A stretch of DNA of 64,000 bases from Clostridia bacterium (GCA_017436645.1 JAFSCR010000030.1:10083-74082), one strand, 5' to 3'. Counted from the stretch's first letter, positions 37,298 through 48,275 are shown. A program made the numbers and translations. The notes: generated by a model from the sequence alone, not told the origin.

Positions 37298-37561
37298 ATG
37301 CCTAACATTAAATCTGCAAAGAAAAGAGTTCTTGTAATTGAAAAGAAGACGCTGAGAAATCAGATGATTAAGTCTGCTCTGAAGACTGCAATCAAGCGTT
37401 TCGACGTAGCTCTGGGAAACAAGGATGTTGATGCTGCCAATGCTGCATTCCGTTTCGCAGTTAAGAAGCTGGACCAGGCTGTTGCTAAGGGCGTTCTGCA
37501 TAAGAACACAGCTTCCCACAAAAAGTCTCAGATGGCGCTGAAGCTTAAAGCGATTGCCTAA
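37298..37561 (+). CDS. rpsT: 30S ribosomal protein S20
   Basis: MPNIKSAKKRVLVIEKKTLRN... is canonical bS20. RBS GGAGGTGA is present. Confidence 0.95.
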   Translation: MPNIKSAKKRVLVIEKKTLRNQMIKSALKTAIKRFDVALGNKDVDAANAAFRFAVKKLDQAVAKGVLHKNTASHKKSQMALKLKAIA

Positions 37562-37654
37562 TTTTCTGAACAAAACAGCATTTCAATCAGCCATGGCCGA
37601 AGGCTTATGGTTGATTTGTTGTATTCGGATTTAGAAACACCCGGGGGTGAAAGC

Positions 37655-38353
37655 GTGAAAACAGCTATAGTTTCCGGCGGTGCCGGCGGCATAGGCAGTG
37701 CAATCTGCCGCCGATTTCAAAACGAAGGATATCATGTGATTATCGGGTACCATAAGTCCCGTGAAAAGGCAGAAGCGCTGGCGATAGAACTTGGCGGCAC
37801 GGCGATGGAGCTTGATGTGACAAGTGCAGATTCTGTCGAGAATTTTGCCCGCAAGGTGGGCAGAGCGGATGTTCTCATCCATAATGCCGGCATTGCAGGG
37901 CAAAAGCTTTTTACCGAGATTACCGAGCAGGAATGGGACGAGATGTTCTCGGTGCATGCAAAAGGTGCATTCCTTTTATGCCGTGCATTTTTGCCCGGAA
38001 TGATTCGTGAAAAAAGCGGAAGTATTGTAACGGTGGCATCTATGTGGGGGCAGGTCGGTGCATCCTGTGAGGTGCATTATTCCGCTGCTAAGGCGGCCCT
38101 GATCGGCATGACCCGAGCACTTGCAAAGGAAGTCGGCCCCAGTGGCATTCGGGTAAATTGTGTTTCACCCGGCGTTATTGATACGCCCATGATGGCAGGG
38201 TTTACGGAAGAAGATAAAAAAGCCCTCGCAGAGGAAACGCCTCTGGGAAGGCTGGGAACGCCTCAGGATGTGGCGGATGCCGTTTTTTATGCGGCTACCG
38301 CAGAATTTCTGACGGGACAAGTAATTGCGCCAAATGGTGGCTTTATCATTTAA
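37655..38353 (+). CDS. SDR-family oxidoreductase (3-oxoacyl-ACP reductase-like)
   Basis: A GTG start with RBS GGGGGTGA is chosen. The motifs TGGAGGIG, NAG and YxxxK (YSAAKAA) are present. Confidence 0.8.
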   Translation: MKTAIVSGGAGGIGSAICRRFQNEGYHVIIGYHKSREKAEALAIELGGTAMELDVTSADSVENFARKVGRADVLIHNAGIAGQKLFTEITEQEWDEMFSVHAKGAFLLCRAFLPGMIREKSGSIVTVASMWGQVGASCEVHYSAAKAALIGMTRALAKEVGPSGIRVNCVSPGVIDTPMMAGFTEEDKKALAEETPLGRLGTPQDVADAVFYAATAEFLTGQVIAPNGGFII

Positions 38354-38414
38354 TTTTATCATATAAAAAAAGGCTGTTTAAAATCATTTTAAACAGCCTT
38401 TTTTAGTGTTTTAT

Positions 38415-39500
38415 TTATTTATTTTGAATTGTATCTGTCGAAAGAATCATCATGCGAATGGATGCCACAATCGGCACGCCGAGAAGCATACCCCACGGTC
38501 CCCAGATACCACCGAAAAGAAGAACGGCAAAGATGACCCAGAAGGGGCTGATACCTACGGAATTTCCAATAATACGGGGCTGGATAACGTTGCCGTCAAT
38601 CTGCCCGAGCACAATCTGGAAAAGAAGAAACCAGAGTGCCTTGATGGGCCCGAGAGAAATGGCGGCAATGAAGGTGACCACGCCGGCCGAAATGATAGGC
38701 CCGAAGAAGGGAATCATGTTTCCGACGCCTACGATAAGACCTAAAAGCCACGGATAGGGCGCTTTGAATACGATATAAAATACGGTAGAAATAATGCCCA
38801 CTACCACCGCGTCAATTGCAAGCCCCGTAAAATAAGAATAGAACATATCGATAAGGCGACGGGAATAACGGGAAATAGTTTCCACACGGGTGGGGCGTGC
38901 AACAAGGCTCAGTGCTTTCTTTGCAATATCCTTGAGAGATTCTTTTTCCAAAATCGTATAAATGGAAATGATAATACCCGTAAACACGGAAACGAGAGAG
39001 CTGGCAATACCGCCCACGATATTTCCGGCCTTAAAAAGGACCTCTGTTTCCAGAAGATTTGTGAGGAACAGATTTGCCTTATCCAGCCATTCCTGTTTTT
39101 GCGGCAGGTTAACCGAATTGAAAATATCAAAGAAACGGGCAGAAATGATATCCCAGTTGGCAATAATGTCAGCAATGTTTCTGTAGATTGCTTCAATCAA
39201 ATAACTGAGGAGGAAAAAGCAGGCAAATAAAAAAGCGGCATAAACAATTATAAGGGAAAGAAGCATGGAAAATTTCTGCACAATGGGAAGGCGGACTTTT
39301 TTAAACAGTTTATCAAGTTTCCCAACGGGTTTATGCAGAAAAAATGCAATAATACCGCCGATGACAAACGGGGTCAGAATATTTACAATCATGCTTAAAT
39401 ACCCCAGAATGCGGGGGAAATTATCAATAATCTTATAGCCGATGACGAACAGAAGGGCAAACCCCAGCGCACGCCACCAGGTGCCTGACATTTTTTGCAT
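38415..39500 (-). CDS. AI-2E family transporter (PerM/UPF0118)
   Basis: The 361-aa polytopic protein carries the characteristic LGPIKALWFLLFQIVLGQIDGNVIQPRIIG segment. Confidence 0.9.
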   Translation of the reverse strand: MQKMSGTWWRALGFALLFVIGYKIIDNFPRILGYLSMIVNILTPFVIGGIIAFFLHKPVGKLDKLFKKVRLPIVQKFSMLLSLIIVYAAFLFACFFLLSYLIEAIYRNIADIIANWDIISARFFDIFNSVNLPQKQEWLDKANLFLTNLLETEVLFKAGNIVGGIASSLVSVFTGIIISIYTILEKESLKDIAKKALSLVARPTRVETISRYSRRLIDMFYSYFTGLAIDAVVVGIISTVFYIVFKAPYPWLLGLIVGVGNMIPFFGPIISAGVVTFIAAISLGPIKALWFLLFQIVLGQIDGNVIQPRIIGNSVGISPFWVIFAVLLFGGIWGPWGMLLGVPIVASIRMMILSTDTIQNK

Positions 39501-39639
39501 AAAAAAACCTCCCAGTTTATTCCTTATCTATAATGATAACATACTTTCTTTTTGCCGTCAAGTGGCTTTCCCGGCTATATCTGTCGTATTTACAAAAAAA
39601 TCAAAAAACAGAGTATGTTTTACTTGACAAATGGGGAAG

Positions 39640-39760
39640 AACATGGTAAACTATATAAGATAAATCTTTAAGCACGATACAGAGAGATCGGCAAGATTGT
39701 AATAAAGAGCAGCCAATAGGCTGTTTTTGGTGCGTCTTGCCTTCGGAAGGGCGCTTTTTT
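39640..39760 (+). promoter_or_regulatory. pyr operon leader with a PyrR-binding-loop-like motif and two terminator-like hairpins (candidate attenuator)
   Basis: After the promoter TTGACAaatggggaagaacatggTAAACT, the leader contains AUACAGAGAGAUCGG (compare the PyrR box AGUCCAGAGAGGCU). This is followed by hairpins gcagccaataggctgttttt and gcgtcttgccttcggaagggcgctttttt, immediately upstream of the pyrC RBS. Confidence 0.3.
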
Positions 39761-39781
39761 GTTGCCCGGAAAGGAAATGAC

Positions 39782-40975
39782 ATGCGGGAAATTCTGGATA
39801 TGTTTCATATGAATACCTCAAGCGACAGAAAAGAAGCGTTTATCCGTCGCTTTGCACCCCATTTTTCTCATTTTGACGATGTAACTATTATACCCGGCTT
39901 TTGCGATGTGCATGTGCATTTTCGTGAGCCGGGTTTTTCGTATAAAGAAACCATGCACACAGGCACCATGGCGGCGGCCCGTGGCGGCGTGACGGCGGCA
40001 GTTACCATGCCGAATCTTTCGCCCGTGCCGGATAGCTGTGCTTCTCTGGCGGTGCAAAAAGAAATCATAAATAAAGATGCGGTCATTTCCGTCTATCCCT
40101 TAGGCTCTATTACGAAAGGGCAGAGCGGGGAAGCACTTTCCGACATGGAGGAAATGGACGTTATCGGCTTTTCTGATGACGGACGGGGCGTGCAAAATGA
40201 AAGCATGATGCGCTCTGCCATGGAAAAAGCAAAAAAATGCGGCAAAATCATCGTAGCCCATTGTGAGGATAACAGTCTTCTCCACGGCGGCTACATTCAT
40301 GACGGTGCATATGCCCGTGCCCACGGTCACCGTGGCATCTGTTCAGAGAGTGAATACGGCCCTATCGCCCGTGATATAAAGCTTTTAAAAGAAACCGGTG
40401 CAAAATACCACGTGTGCCATGTTTCTACCAAAGAAAGCGTGGAAATCATCCGCAACGCCAAGAAAGACGGCGTGAACATTACCTGTGAAACGGCACCCCA
40501 CTACCTTATTTTAGATGACAGTTACCTTCAGGAGGACGGCCGGTTTAAAATGAATCCGCCCCTTCGAGGGAAGGAAGACAGGGAAGCACTTATGGAAGGC
40601 ATTTTAGACGGCACCGTGGATATGATTGCCACCGACCATGCACCCCACTCGGCAGAGGAAAAGGGGAAAGGCCTTGAAAAAAGTGCATTCGGCATTGTGG
40701 GCATTGAAACTTCTTTTCAGGCAATGTACACCCACTTTGTAAAAACGGGCATTCTCTCCATGGAAAAGCTGATAGAGCTTATGTGCATAAATCCAAGGGC
40801 ACGGTTCGCTATTCCTTTCGGCGAAGAATTTTCCCTCTGGAATCTTTCCGAGAAGGAAACCGTAACGGCGGAAAACCTCGTATCCATGGGCAAGGCAACA
40901 CCGTTTTTGGGCGAAACGTTTGATGCAGTAAATTACCTTACCGTATGTGGCGGAAAGGTTGTATATGAGAAATAG
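39782..40975 (+). CDS. pyrC: dihydroorotase
   Basis: The metal-binding motif FCDVHVHFREPG, a carboxylated Lys region and DHAPH are present. RBS AAAGGAA is present. Confidence 0.9.
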   Translation: MREILDMFHMNTSSDRKEAFIRRFAPHFSHFDDVTIIPGFCDVHVHFREPGFSYKETMHTGTMAAARGGVTAAVTMPNLSPVPDSCASLAVQKEIINKDAVISVYPLGSITKGQSGEALSDMEEMDVIGFSDDGRGVQNESMMRSAMEKAKKCGKIIVAHCEDNSLLHGGYIHDGAYARAHGHRGICSESEYGPIARDIKLLKETGAKYHVCHVSTKESVEIIRNAKKDGVNITCETAPHYLILDDSYLQEDGRFKMNPPLRGKEDREALMEGILDGTVDMIATDHAPHSAEEKGKGLEKSAFGIVGIETSFQAMYTHFVKTGILSMEKLIELMCINPRARFAIPFGEEFSLWNLSEKETVTAENLVSMGKATPFLGETFDAVNYLTVCGGKVVYEK

Positions 40976-40987
40976 GAGGAAATGAAA

Positions 40988-43900
40988 ATGGCAAAAAGAC
41001 AGGATCTCAAAAAAATCTTAATTATCGGTTCCGGCCCCATTGTTATCGGACAGGCGGCGGAATTTGACTATGCCGGCACACAGGCATGTCTGGCACTGAA
41101 GGAAGAGGGGTACGAAGTGGTTCTTTGTAACTCCAATCCTGCCACCATTATGACAGACACCACCATTGCAGACAAGGTTTATATGGAACCTTTGACCCTC
41201 GAGTATGTGGCAAAAATTCTGCGGTATGAACGCCCCGACGCTATTGTGCCCGGTATTGGCGGCCAGACGGGTTTAAACCTTGCCATGCAGCTTGAAAAGA
41301 AGGGCATCTTGAAGGAATGCGGCGTCGAGCTTTTGGGAACTACAAGCGAAAGCATTGAAAGAGCAGAGGACAGAGAACTCTTTAAAGAGCTTTGCCAGTC
41401 CATCGGCGAGCCTACCATCCCTTCCGAAATTACATATGATCTGGAAGAAGCCAAGAAAGCAGCGAAGGCCATCGGCTACCCTGTTGTTCTTCGTCCCGCC
41501 TTTACCTTGGGCGGTACGGGCGGCGGCTTTGCAAACGATGAAGCAGAACTCATTGAAATCGGCAAAAATGCCTTTAAGCTTTCTCCTGTGCATCAGGTGC
41601 TCATTGAAAAGAGCGTAAAAGGCTATAAGGAAATTGAATTTGAAGTTATGCGCGATGCAGATGACAATGCCATTACCATTTGCGGCATGGAAAACGTAGA
41701 CCCCGTTGGCGTGCATACGGGTGACTCCATCGTTGTAGCACCGATCATGACCCTTTCTAAAGAAGACGAGAAAATGCTCAATGACAGCGCCATTAAGATT
41801 ATCCGTGCCCTTAAGATTGAAGGCGGCTGTAACGTCCAGTTTGCGCTGGATCCCCACACAAGCGAATACTACCTCATCGAGGTAAACCCCCGTGTGTCCC
41901 GTTCCTCCGCGCTTGCCTCCAAGGCCAGCGGCTATCCCATTGCCCGTGTTACGGCAAAAATTGCGGTGGGCATGCGCCTTTCCGATATTCAGATTGCAAA
42001 TACCACGGCGGCAAAGGAACCGAGCCTTGACTACGTTATTGCCAAGTTCCCCCGTTTCCCCTTCGATAAATTTGCATCTGCACCCAACACATTAGGCACA
42101 CAGATGAAGGCAACAGGTGAGGTTATGGGTATCGGCTCGTGCCTTGAGGAATGTTTCCTCAAATCCGTTCGCTCTCTTGAAACGGGTGCATACCATTTCC
42201 ACCTGCCGAAGTTTGACGGGAAAACGAAAGCAGAACTTCTTAGCTATATTTCCGAATTTAAGGATGATAATATCTTTGCCATTGCAGAGCTGATGCGCCT
42301 CGGCACCTCCGTTGAAGAGCTTTATGACGTAACAAAGATTACGCCCTTCTTCCTCGAATCTGTAAAGCGGATTGTGGAGATGGAAAAGGAAATCGCCGCA
42401 AAGCCCGGATGCGTGGAAACACTCAAAGCTGCAAAGAAAATGGGCTTTGGCGATAAATTTATTGCAAAGCTCTGGAATATGGCGGAAATTGAAGTATTTA
42501 ACATGAGAAAACAGGAAAATATTTTCCCTGTATATAAAATGGTGGATACGTTCCACACGGATGCATACATTCCCTACTTCTATTCCACCTACACGGGCGA
42601 AAATGCTTCCCGCCTGACAGACCGGAAGAAAATTGTGGTTCTCGGTGCAGGCCCTATCCGTATCGGTCAGGGCGTAGAGTTTGACTATTCTACCGTCCAT
42701 GCCGTAACTACCATTAAAAACTCCGGCTATGAAGCCATTATTATCAATAACAACCCCGAAACGGTTTCCACCGACTACACTACGGCAGACAAGCTCTATT
42801 TTGAACCCCTTTGCACAGAAGATGTTATGAACATTTTAGAGTTTGAAAAGCCGGAAGGCGTTATCGCATCACTTGGCGGCCAGACAGCTATCAATCTCGC
42901 CGAACCCCTTCGTGATCGTGGCGTTAAGATTATCGGTACGGACTGTGATGCCATTGAGCGTGCCGAAAACCGTGACAGTTTCGAAAAAATTCTTGAAGAA
43001 CTGGAGATTCCCCAGCCGAAGGGCAGAGCCGTTACAAATATTGAGGACGGCATCCGTGCCGCTGAGGAAATCGGCTATCCCGTTTTGGTTCGCCCCAGCT
43101 TCGTTTTAGGCGGCAGAGCCATGCAGATTGTTGCAAAGGAAGAGCATTTAAGACAGTATCTGAAAACGGCGGTTGAAATTGACGAGGACAAGCCCGTTCT
43201 TGTTGATAAATACATCCAAGGCAGAGAAGTTGAGGTTGATGCAATCTGCGACGGACGTGATGTGTTTGTTCCCGGTATTATGGAACTTGTTGAGAGAACA
43301 GGTGTTCATAGCGGTGACTCCATAAGCGTATACCCCACCTTCAGCGTATCCGATAAGGTAAAAGGCACCATTTTGGGATATGCAAAGAAACTGGGTCTTG
43401 GCATCGGCATTATCGGTCTTTACAATATTCAGTTTATCGTAGATGAAAAGGATGATGTTTATATCATCGAAGTAAATCCCCGCTCGTCAAGAACGGTTCC
43501 CTTCCTTTCCAAGGCAACAGGCTATAGCCTTGCAGATATTGCAACGGAAGTTATCCTCGGCAGAAGCCTCAAGGAACAGGGCATCTTCGATTTATATTCG
43601 GAAGAAAAGAAGCGGTACTATGTAAAGGTACCGGTATTCTCCTCCAATAAAATCCGTGGTCTGGATGCATATCTCTCACCGGAAATGAAGTCCACCGGTG
43701 AAGCTATCGGTTATGATGATAAGTTAAACCGTGCCCTTTATAAGGCGCTGCAGGCATCCGGCATGCATCTCCAAAATTACGGCACCGTTTTGGTAACCCT
43801 TGCGGACGAGGATAAGGAAGAAGCGCTTCCCATGATTCGCCGTTTTTACGATATGGGCTTTAACATTGAAGCCACAATCGGCACGGCAGATTTCTTAAAA

Positions 43901-44161
43901 GAACACGGCATCAGAACAAAAGTGCTCAGAAAGCTTTCCGAAGGCAGCACAGAGATACTCGATGCCATCCGTGCAGGCTATGTAAGCTATGTGATTAATA
44001 CACGTGCAATCCTGTCCGGTGTTCACTATGAAGACGGCGTTGAAATCAGAAGAACGGCAAATGAAAATAACGTAACACTCTTTACGTCCCTTGATACCGT
44101 AAGAGTTCTTCTCGATGTTCTGGAAGAAATCACACTTACAATCTCCACCATTGACGCCTAA
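40988..44161 (+). CDS. carB: carbamoyl-phosphate synthase large subunit
   Basis: Duplicated ATP-grasp halves are present across 1057 aa, with ILIIGSGPIVIGQAAEFDYAGTQ at the N-terminus and an MGS-like C-terminal domain. Confidence 0.97.
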   Translation: MAKRQDLKKILIIGSGPIVIGQAAEFDYAGTQACLALKEEGYEVVLCNSNPATIMTDTTIADKVYMEPLTLEYVAKILRYERPDAIVPGIGGQTGLNLAMQLEKKGILKECGVELLGTTSESIERAEDRELFKELCQSIGEPTIPSEITYDLEEAKKAAKAIGYPVVLRPAFTLGGTGGGFANDEAELIEIGKNAFKLSPVHQVLIEKSVKGYKEIEFEVMRDADDNAITICGMENVDPVGVHTGDSIVVAPIMTLSKEDEKMLNDSAIKIIRALKIEGGCNVQFALDPHTSEYYLIEVNPRVSRSSALASKASGYPIARVTAKIAVGMRLSDIQIANTTAAKEPSLDYVIAKFPRFPFDKFASAPNTLGTQMKATGEVMGIGSCLEECFLKSVRSLETGAYHFHLPKFDGKTKAELLSYISEFKDDNIFAIAELMRLGTSVEELYDVTKITPFFLESVKRIVEMEKEIAAKPGCVETLKAAKKMGFGDKFIAKLWNMAEIEVFNMRKQENIFPVYKMVDTFHTDAYIPYFYSTYTGENASRLTDRKKIVVLGAGPIRIGQGVEFDYSTVHAVTTIKNSGYEAIIINNNPETVSTDYTTADKLYFEPLCTEDVMNILEFEKPEGVIASLGGQTAINLAEPLRDRGVKIIGTDCDAIERAENRDSFEKILEELEIPQPKGRAVTNIEDGIRAAEEIGYPVLVRPSFVLGGRAMQIVAKEEHLRQYLKTAVEIDEDKPVLVDKYIQGREVEVDAICDGRDVFVPGIMELVERTGVHSGDSISVYPTFSVSDKVKGTILGYAKKLGLGIGIIGLYNIQFIVDEKDDVYIIEVNPRSSRTVPFLSKATGYSLADIATEVILGRSLKEQGIFDLYSEEKKRYYVKVPVFSSNKIRGLDAYLSPEMKSTGEAIGYDDKLNRALYKALQASGMHLQNYGTVLVTLADEDKEEALPMIRRFYDMGFNIEATIGTADFLKEHGIRTKVLRKLSEGSTEILDAIRAGYVSYVINTRAILSGVHYEDGVEIRRTANENNVTLFTSLDTVRVLLDVLEEITLTISTIDA

Positions 44162-44171
44162 AGGAGTAGCC

Positions 44172-44897
44172 ATGAAACAGGGATTATTTGAAATTATAGA
44201 AAATACACCGCTTACAAAAGACGTATATAAAATGCGTCTTTTGGGCGATACTTCGGCCATTACCGCACCCGGCCAGTTTGTCAATATTAAACTAGATGGT
44301 CTGTTCCTCCGCCGCCCCATTTCCGTTTGTGACGTGGAGGGAAACGTACTCACCATTCTTTATAAAGTGGTCGGTCGGGGCACGGAAGAAATGGCAAAAA
44401 TGGAAAGCGGAACGCTCGATATACTAACGGGCCTCGGCAACGGATATAATACGGCGCCTTCGGGAGATGCTCCCCTTCTTCTCGGTGGTGGTGTTGGCGT
44501 GCCTCCCATGTTTATGCTTTGCAAAAAGCTTCTTTCCGAGGGGAAAAAGGTCAGAGTTGTCCTCGGCTTTAATACCAAAGATGAAGTCTTTTATGAAGAT
44601 GAATTCCGCACTATAGGGGCAGAAGTCACGGTTACCACGGTAGACGGTTCCTACGGTGAGAAAGGCTTTGTAACCGATGCCCTTGGGGAAGGATACACCT
44701 ATTTTTACACCTGCGGACCCGAGCCTATGCTGAAAGCCGTATTTCATGCTGCAAAAACAGACGGACAGCTCAGCTTTGAAGAAAGAATGGGTTGCGGCTT
44801 TGGCGCTTGTATGGGATGCTCCTGCAAGACCATTTACGGGAACAAAAGAATCTGCAAGGAAGGCCCCGTGCTTTTGAAGGAGGAGATTTTATGGTAA
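44172..44897 (+). CDS. pyrK: dihydroorotate dehydrogenase electron transfer subunit (FAD / 2Fe-2S)
   Basis: RBS AAGGAG is present. A ferredoxin-reductase-like fold precedes a C-terminal CGFGACMGC cluster. Confidence 0.9.
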   Translation: MKQGLFEIIENTPLTKDVYKMRLLGDTSAITAPGQFVNIKLDGLFLRRPISVCDVEGNVLTILYKVVGRGTEEMAKMESGTLDILTGLGNGYNTAPSGDAPLLLGGGVGVPPMFMLCKKLLSEGKKVRVVLGFNTKDEVFYEDEFRTIGAEVTVTTVDGSYGEKGFVTDALGEGYTYFYTCGPEPMLKAVFHAAKTDGQLSFEERMGCGFGACMGCSCKTIYGNKRICKEGPVLLKEEILW

Positions 44898-45802
44898 ACA
44901 CAAAGGTTACACTTTGCGGCATAGAACTGGATAATCCCATAATTCCTGCCAGCGGCACCTTCGGCTTCGGGTACGAATTTGCAGAAATTTATGATATTAA
45001 TTGCCTCGGCACGTTTTCCTTTAAAGGCACCACGAAGGAACCGAGGTTCGGAAACCCCACCCCCAGAATTGCAGAATGCACGAGTGGTATGATTAACGCC
45101 GTGGGTCTGCAGAACCCGGGCGTTGACAAAGTAATTGCCGAAGAACTTCCCAAAATGGAGAAGGTTTTTCATAAAAAAGTAATGGCGAATATCAGCGGTT
45201 TTTCCGTTGATGAATACGTCCACTGTGCAGAAAAGCTGGATGCCGAGCCTTCGGTCGGCTGGCTGGAAATTAACGTCAGCTGCCCCAACGTCCACGGCGG
45301 CGGTATGAGCTTTGGCACAGAGCCCGGGGCGGCGGCAGAGGTAACGGCGGCGGTGAAGGCAAAAACAAAAAAACCCGTAATCATTAAGCTTTCGCCAAAT
45401 GTTACCGATATTGTATCCATTGCCCGTGCCTGCGAAGAGGCAGGTGCGGACGGCATAAGCCTTATAAACACCCTCCTCGGGATGCGAATTAATCTCAAAA
45501 CCGGAAGGCCCGTGATTGCAAACAAAATGGGCGGTTTTTCCGGTGCGGCCATTTTCCCTGTGGCACTTCGCATGGTGTATCAGGTGGCAAACGCCGTAAA
45601 GATTCCCGTTGTTGGTATGGGCGGCGTGGAAAAAGCAGAAGATGTTATTGAAATGATGATGGCGGGGGCCACGGCTGTGGAGGTCGGTGCGGCAAACCTT
45701 GTAAATCCCTTTGCTTGCCGTGATATTATAAATGATTTACCTTCCGTTATGGAAAAATATAAAATCAGTGCACTTTCCGACATTATCGGCTGTGCAAAAT
45801 AG
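44891..45802 (+). CDS. pyrD: dihydroorotate dehydrogenase catalytic subunit (class 1B)
   Basis: [27 protein letters not shown] and the active-site region [11 protein letters not shown] are present. It overlaps pyrK by 7 nt. Confidence 0.92.
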   Translation: MVNTKVTLCGIELDNPIIPASGTFGFGYEFAEIYDINCLGTFSFKGTTKEPRFGNPTPRIAECTSGMINAVGLQNPGVDKVIAEELPKMEKVFHKKVMANISGFSVDEYVHCAEKLDAEPSVGWLEINVSCPNVHGGGMSFGTEPGAAAEVTAAVKAKTKKPVIIKLSPNVTDIVSIARACEEAGADGISLINTLLGMRINLKTGRPVIANKMGGFSGAAIFPVALRMVYQVANAVKIPVVGMGGVEKAEDVIEMMMAGATAVEVGAANLVNPFACRDIINDLPSVMEKYKISALSDIIGCAK

Positions 45803-45818
45803 AAAGGAAGCGAGAAAA

Positions 45819-46517
45819 ATGGGAAAAGACGTAATCATCGCCTGTGATTTTGACAGTGCGGAAAAATGCCTTGCATTTTTGGACAAGTTCGAAGGAGAAA
45901 AGCCTTTCGTAAAAATCGGCATGGAACTTTTCTATGGTGCAGGCCCCGATATTGTGCGGCAGATTAAAGAAAGAGGGCACAAAATTTTCCTCGATTTGAA
46001 ACTGCATGATATTCCCAACACCGTAAAAAAATCCATGGCAGTTTTATCAAAACTCGATGTGGATATGACGAATCTGCACGCCTCGGGCACCATCCCCATG
46101 ATGGAAGCGGCCATTGAAGGCCTGACCCGTCCCGACGGCACACGCCCCATTCTCATTGCCGTAACCCAGCTGACGAGTACGGACGAAGAACACATGAAAA
46201 ATGATCTTCTTATCCATGAACCCATTGACAAAGTGGTTATGCACTATGCAGAGAATGCGAAAAAAGCAGGACTTGACGGCGTTGTATGCTCTCCCCTTGA
46301 AGCAGGTAAAGTGCATTCCGTTTGCGGCGAAGGCTTTGTAACCGTAACCCCCGGCGTCCGCTTCCGGGATGGGGACGTAGGCGACCAAAAACGTATTACA
46401 ACACCGGAAGGCGCAAAGGCACTCGGTTCCGATTATATTGTTGTGGGAAGACCCATCACGGCGGCAGAAGACCCCGTGGCAGCATACCGCCGCTGCATGA
46501 AAGAATTTGTTGGTTAA
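45819..46517 (+). CDS. pyrF: orotidine 5'-phosphate decarboxylase
   Basis: The motifs DFD, KIGMELF and [10 protein letters not shown] are present. Confidence 0.92.
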   Translation: MGKDVIIACDFDSAEKCLAFLDKFEGEKPFVKIGMELFYGAGPDIVRQIKERGHKIFLDLKLHDIPNTVKKSMAVLSKLDVDMTNLHASGTIPMMEAAIEGLTRPDGTRPILIAVTQLTSTDEEHMKNDLLIHEPIDKVVMHYAENAKKAGLDGVVCSPLEAGKVHSVCGEGFVTVTPGVRFRDGDVGDQKRITTPEGAKALGSDYIVVGRPITAAEDPVAAYRRCMKEFVG

Positions 46518-46536
46518 AGGAAAGGAGAAAAGTACT

Positions 46537-47175
46537 ATGGAAAAAAGAATTGCAAAAGATTTACTTTCAATTAAAGCTGTTTTCTTCAGACCCGACGAGC
46601 CCTTCACCTGGGCAAGCGGTATTAAGAGCCCGGTTTACTGCGATAACCGCCTGACCTTAACGGCACCCAAGGTTCGTACAGACGTTGAGGAAGGTCTTGC
46701 CGAGCTTATTAAAACACATTATCCCGAGGCAGAAGTTTTAATGGGTACTTCCACCGCCGGCATTGCCCACGCCGCAATCACCGCACATATTCTCGATATG
46801 CCCATGGGATATGTCCGTGCAGGGAAGAAGGACCACGGCAGACAGAATCAGATTGAAGGCCGACTTGAAAAAGGCCAGAAGGTTGTCGTTGTAGAAGACC
46901 TGATTTCCACAGGCGGCAGTGTTCTTGAGGTTGTAGAAGTGCTTCGTGAGGCAGGCGCCGATGTTTTAGGTGTTGTGAGCATCTTTACCTACGGTATGGC
47001 AAAAGGTGTAAAGCGTCTTGAAGAAGCAAACGTAAAGAACATTTCCCTTACAAACTTTGATGTTATTGCAGAGATTGCCGCTGAGGAAGGCTACATCCGT
47101 CCCGAAGATGTTGCACGCCTCATTGCATTTCGAAATAATCCTTCCGATGAATCCTGGATTGGCGGAGGTAAATAA
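46537..47175 (+). CDS. pyrE: orotate phosphoribosyltransferase
   Basis: The PRPP-binding motif [13 protein letters not shown] is present. RBS AAGGAAAGGAG is present. Confidence 0.92.
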   Translation: MEKRIAKDLLSIKAVFFRPDEPFTWASGIKSPVYCDNRLTLTAPKVRTDVEEGLAELIKTHYPEAEVLMGTSTAGIAHAAITAHILDMPMGYVRAGKKDHGRQNQIEGRLEKGQKVVVVEDLISTGGSVLEVVEVLREAGADVLGVVSIFTYGMAKGVKRLEEANVKNISLTNFDVIAEIAAEEGYIRPEDVARLIAFRNNPSDESWIGGGK

Positions 47176-47176
47176 A

Positions 47177-48265
47177 ATGAAAAGAAGTGTAATTGATATA
47201 CTGGACCTGTCAACGGCGGAAATCGATGCACTGCTTTCCACTGCCGAAGATATTATGGACCATCCCGAAAAGTATGCGGAAAAATGTCACGGCAAAAAAC
47301 TGGCGACCCTCTTTTTTGAGCCTTCCACAAGAACACGCCTTAGCTTTGAAGCGGCCATGATGGAGCTAGGCGGCAATGTTTTAGGCTTTTCAGAAGCCAG
47401 CAGTTCTTCCGCATCAAAAGGGGAGAGCATGGCGGACACAGCAAAGGTCCTTTCCTGTTATGCCGATATTATGGCAATTCGTCACCCTATGGCGGGTGCA
47501 CCGTTTGTAGCGGCGCAAAACGCTTCCGTACCCGTTATAAATGCCGGAGACGGCGGACATGCCCATCCCACCCAGACCCTTGCAGACCTTCTCACCATTA
47601 AACGTAAAAAAGGCACCCTTGAAAACCTTACCATCGGTTTTTGCGGTGACCTGAAGTACGGCAGAACGGTACATTCTTTAATTGCGGCGCTTTCAAGATA
47701 TAAGGGAACGAAGGTTGTCCTCATTTCGCCGAAAGAACTGGCACTGCCGAGTTATGTAAAATATGAAAATATGGAACCGGCAGGCGTACCGTATACGGAA
47801 ACGACGGACCTTGAATCTGCCCTTCCCGAGCTTGATATTTTATATATGACCCGTATCCAGAGAGAGCGGTTCCCCGATCCGTATGAATATGAGCGCCTGA
47901 AAGACAGTTATATTCTGACGGCGGAGAAAATGGAAAGGGCAAAAGATGATGCAATCGTCATGCATCCCTTGCCCCGTGTGAACGAAATCAGTGTGGCGGT
48001 GGATAAAGATGACCGTGCATGTTATTTTCTTCAGGTGCTGTGCGGCAAATTTATGCGGATGGCACTTATCTTAAAGCTTCTGGAAAGCGCAAAGGAGGAT
48101 ATTGTACCTGCAGAGAACGGCATTGTACGGGAGGATGTTATGTGTAAGAACCCTGCCTGTATCACGGCAAAAGAACAGGAGCTTGTGCAGAAATTCCGTC
48201 TCGTTAATGCGGAGAATAAAATTTACCGCTGTATTTACTGCGAAGAAAAAGTGCAGTTATCATAA
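47177..48265 (+). CDS. pyrB: aspartate carbamoyltransferase catalytic chain fused at its C-terminus to a PyrI-type zinc-binding regulatory domain (no allosteric domain)
   Basis: STRTR and HPTQ catalytic motifs lie within a PyrB fold of about 305 aa. An extension of about 85 aa follows, reading [15 protein letters not shown]...[10 protein letters not shown] (a C-x4-C ... C-x2-C zinc domain like the PyrI C-terminus). Confidence 0.85.
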   Translation: MKRSVIDILDLSTAEIDALLSTAEDIMDHPEKYAEKCHGKKLATLFFEPSTRTRLSFEAAMMELGGNVLGFSEASSSSASKGESMADTAKVLSCYADIMAIRHPMAGAPFVAAQNASVPVINAGDGGHAHPTQTLADLLTIKRKKGTLENLTIGFCGDLKYGRTVHSLIAALSRYKGTKVVLISPKELALPSYVKYENMEPAGVPYTETTDLESALPELDILYMTRIQRERFPDPYEYERLKDSYILTAEKMERAKDDAIVMHPLPRVNEISVAVDKDDRACYFLQVLCGKFMRMALILKLLESAKEDIVPAENGIVREDVMCKNPACITAKEQELVQKFRLVNAENKIYRCIYCEEKVQLS

Positions 48266-48275
48266 GCCAATAAAA

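Noticed and set aside
44115-46537. Long N-terminal extensions of pyrK, pyrD, pyrF and pyrE in the ORF track
   Set aside because: The extensions overlap the upstream genes and lack RBSs. Internal ATGs preceded by AAGGAG-type RBSs and matching known N-termini were chosen instead.
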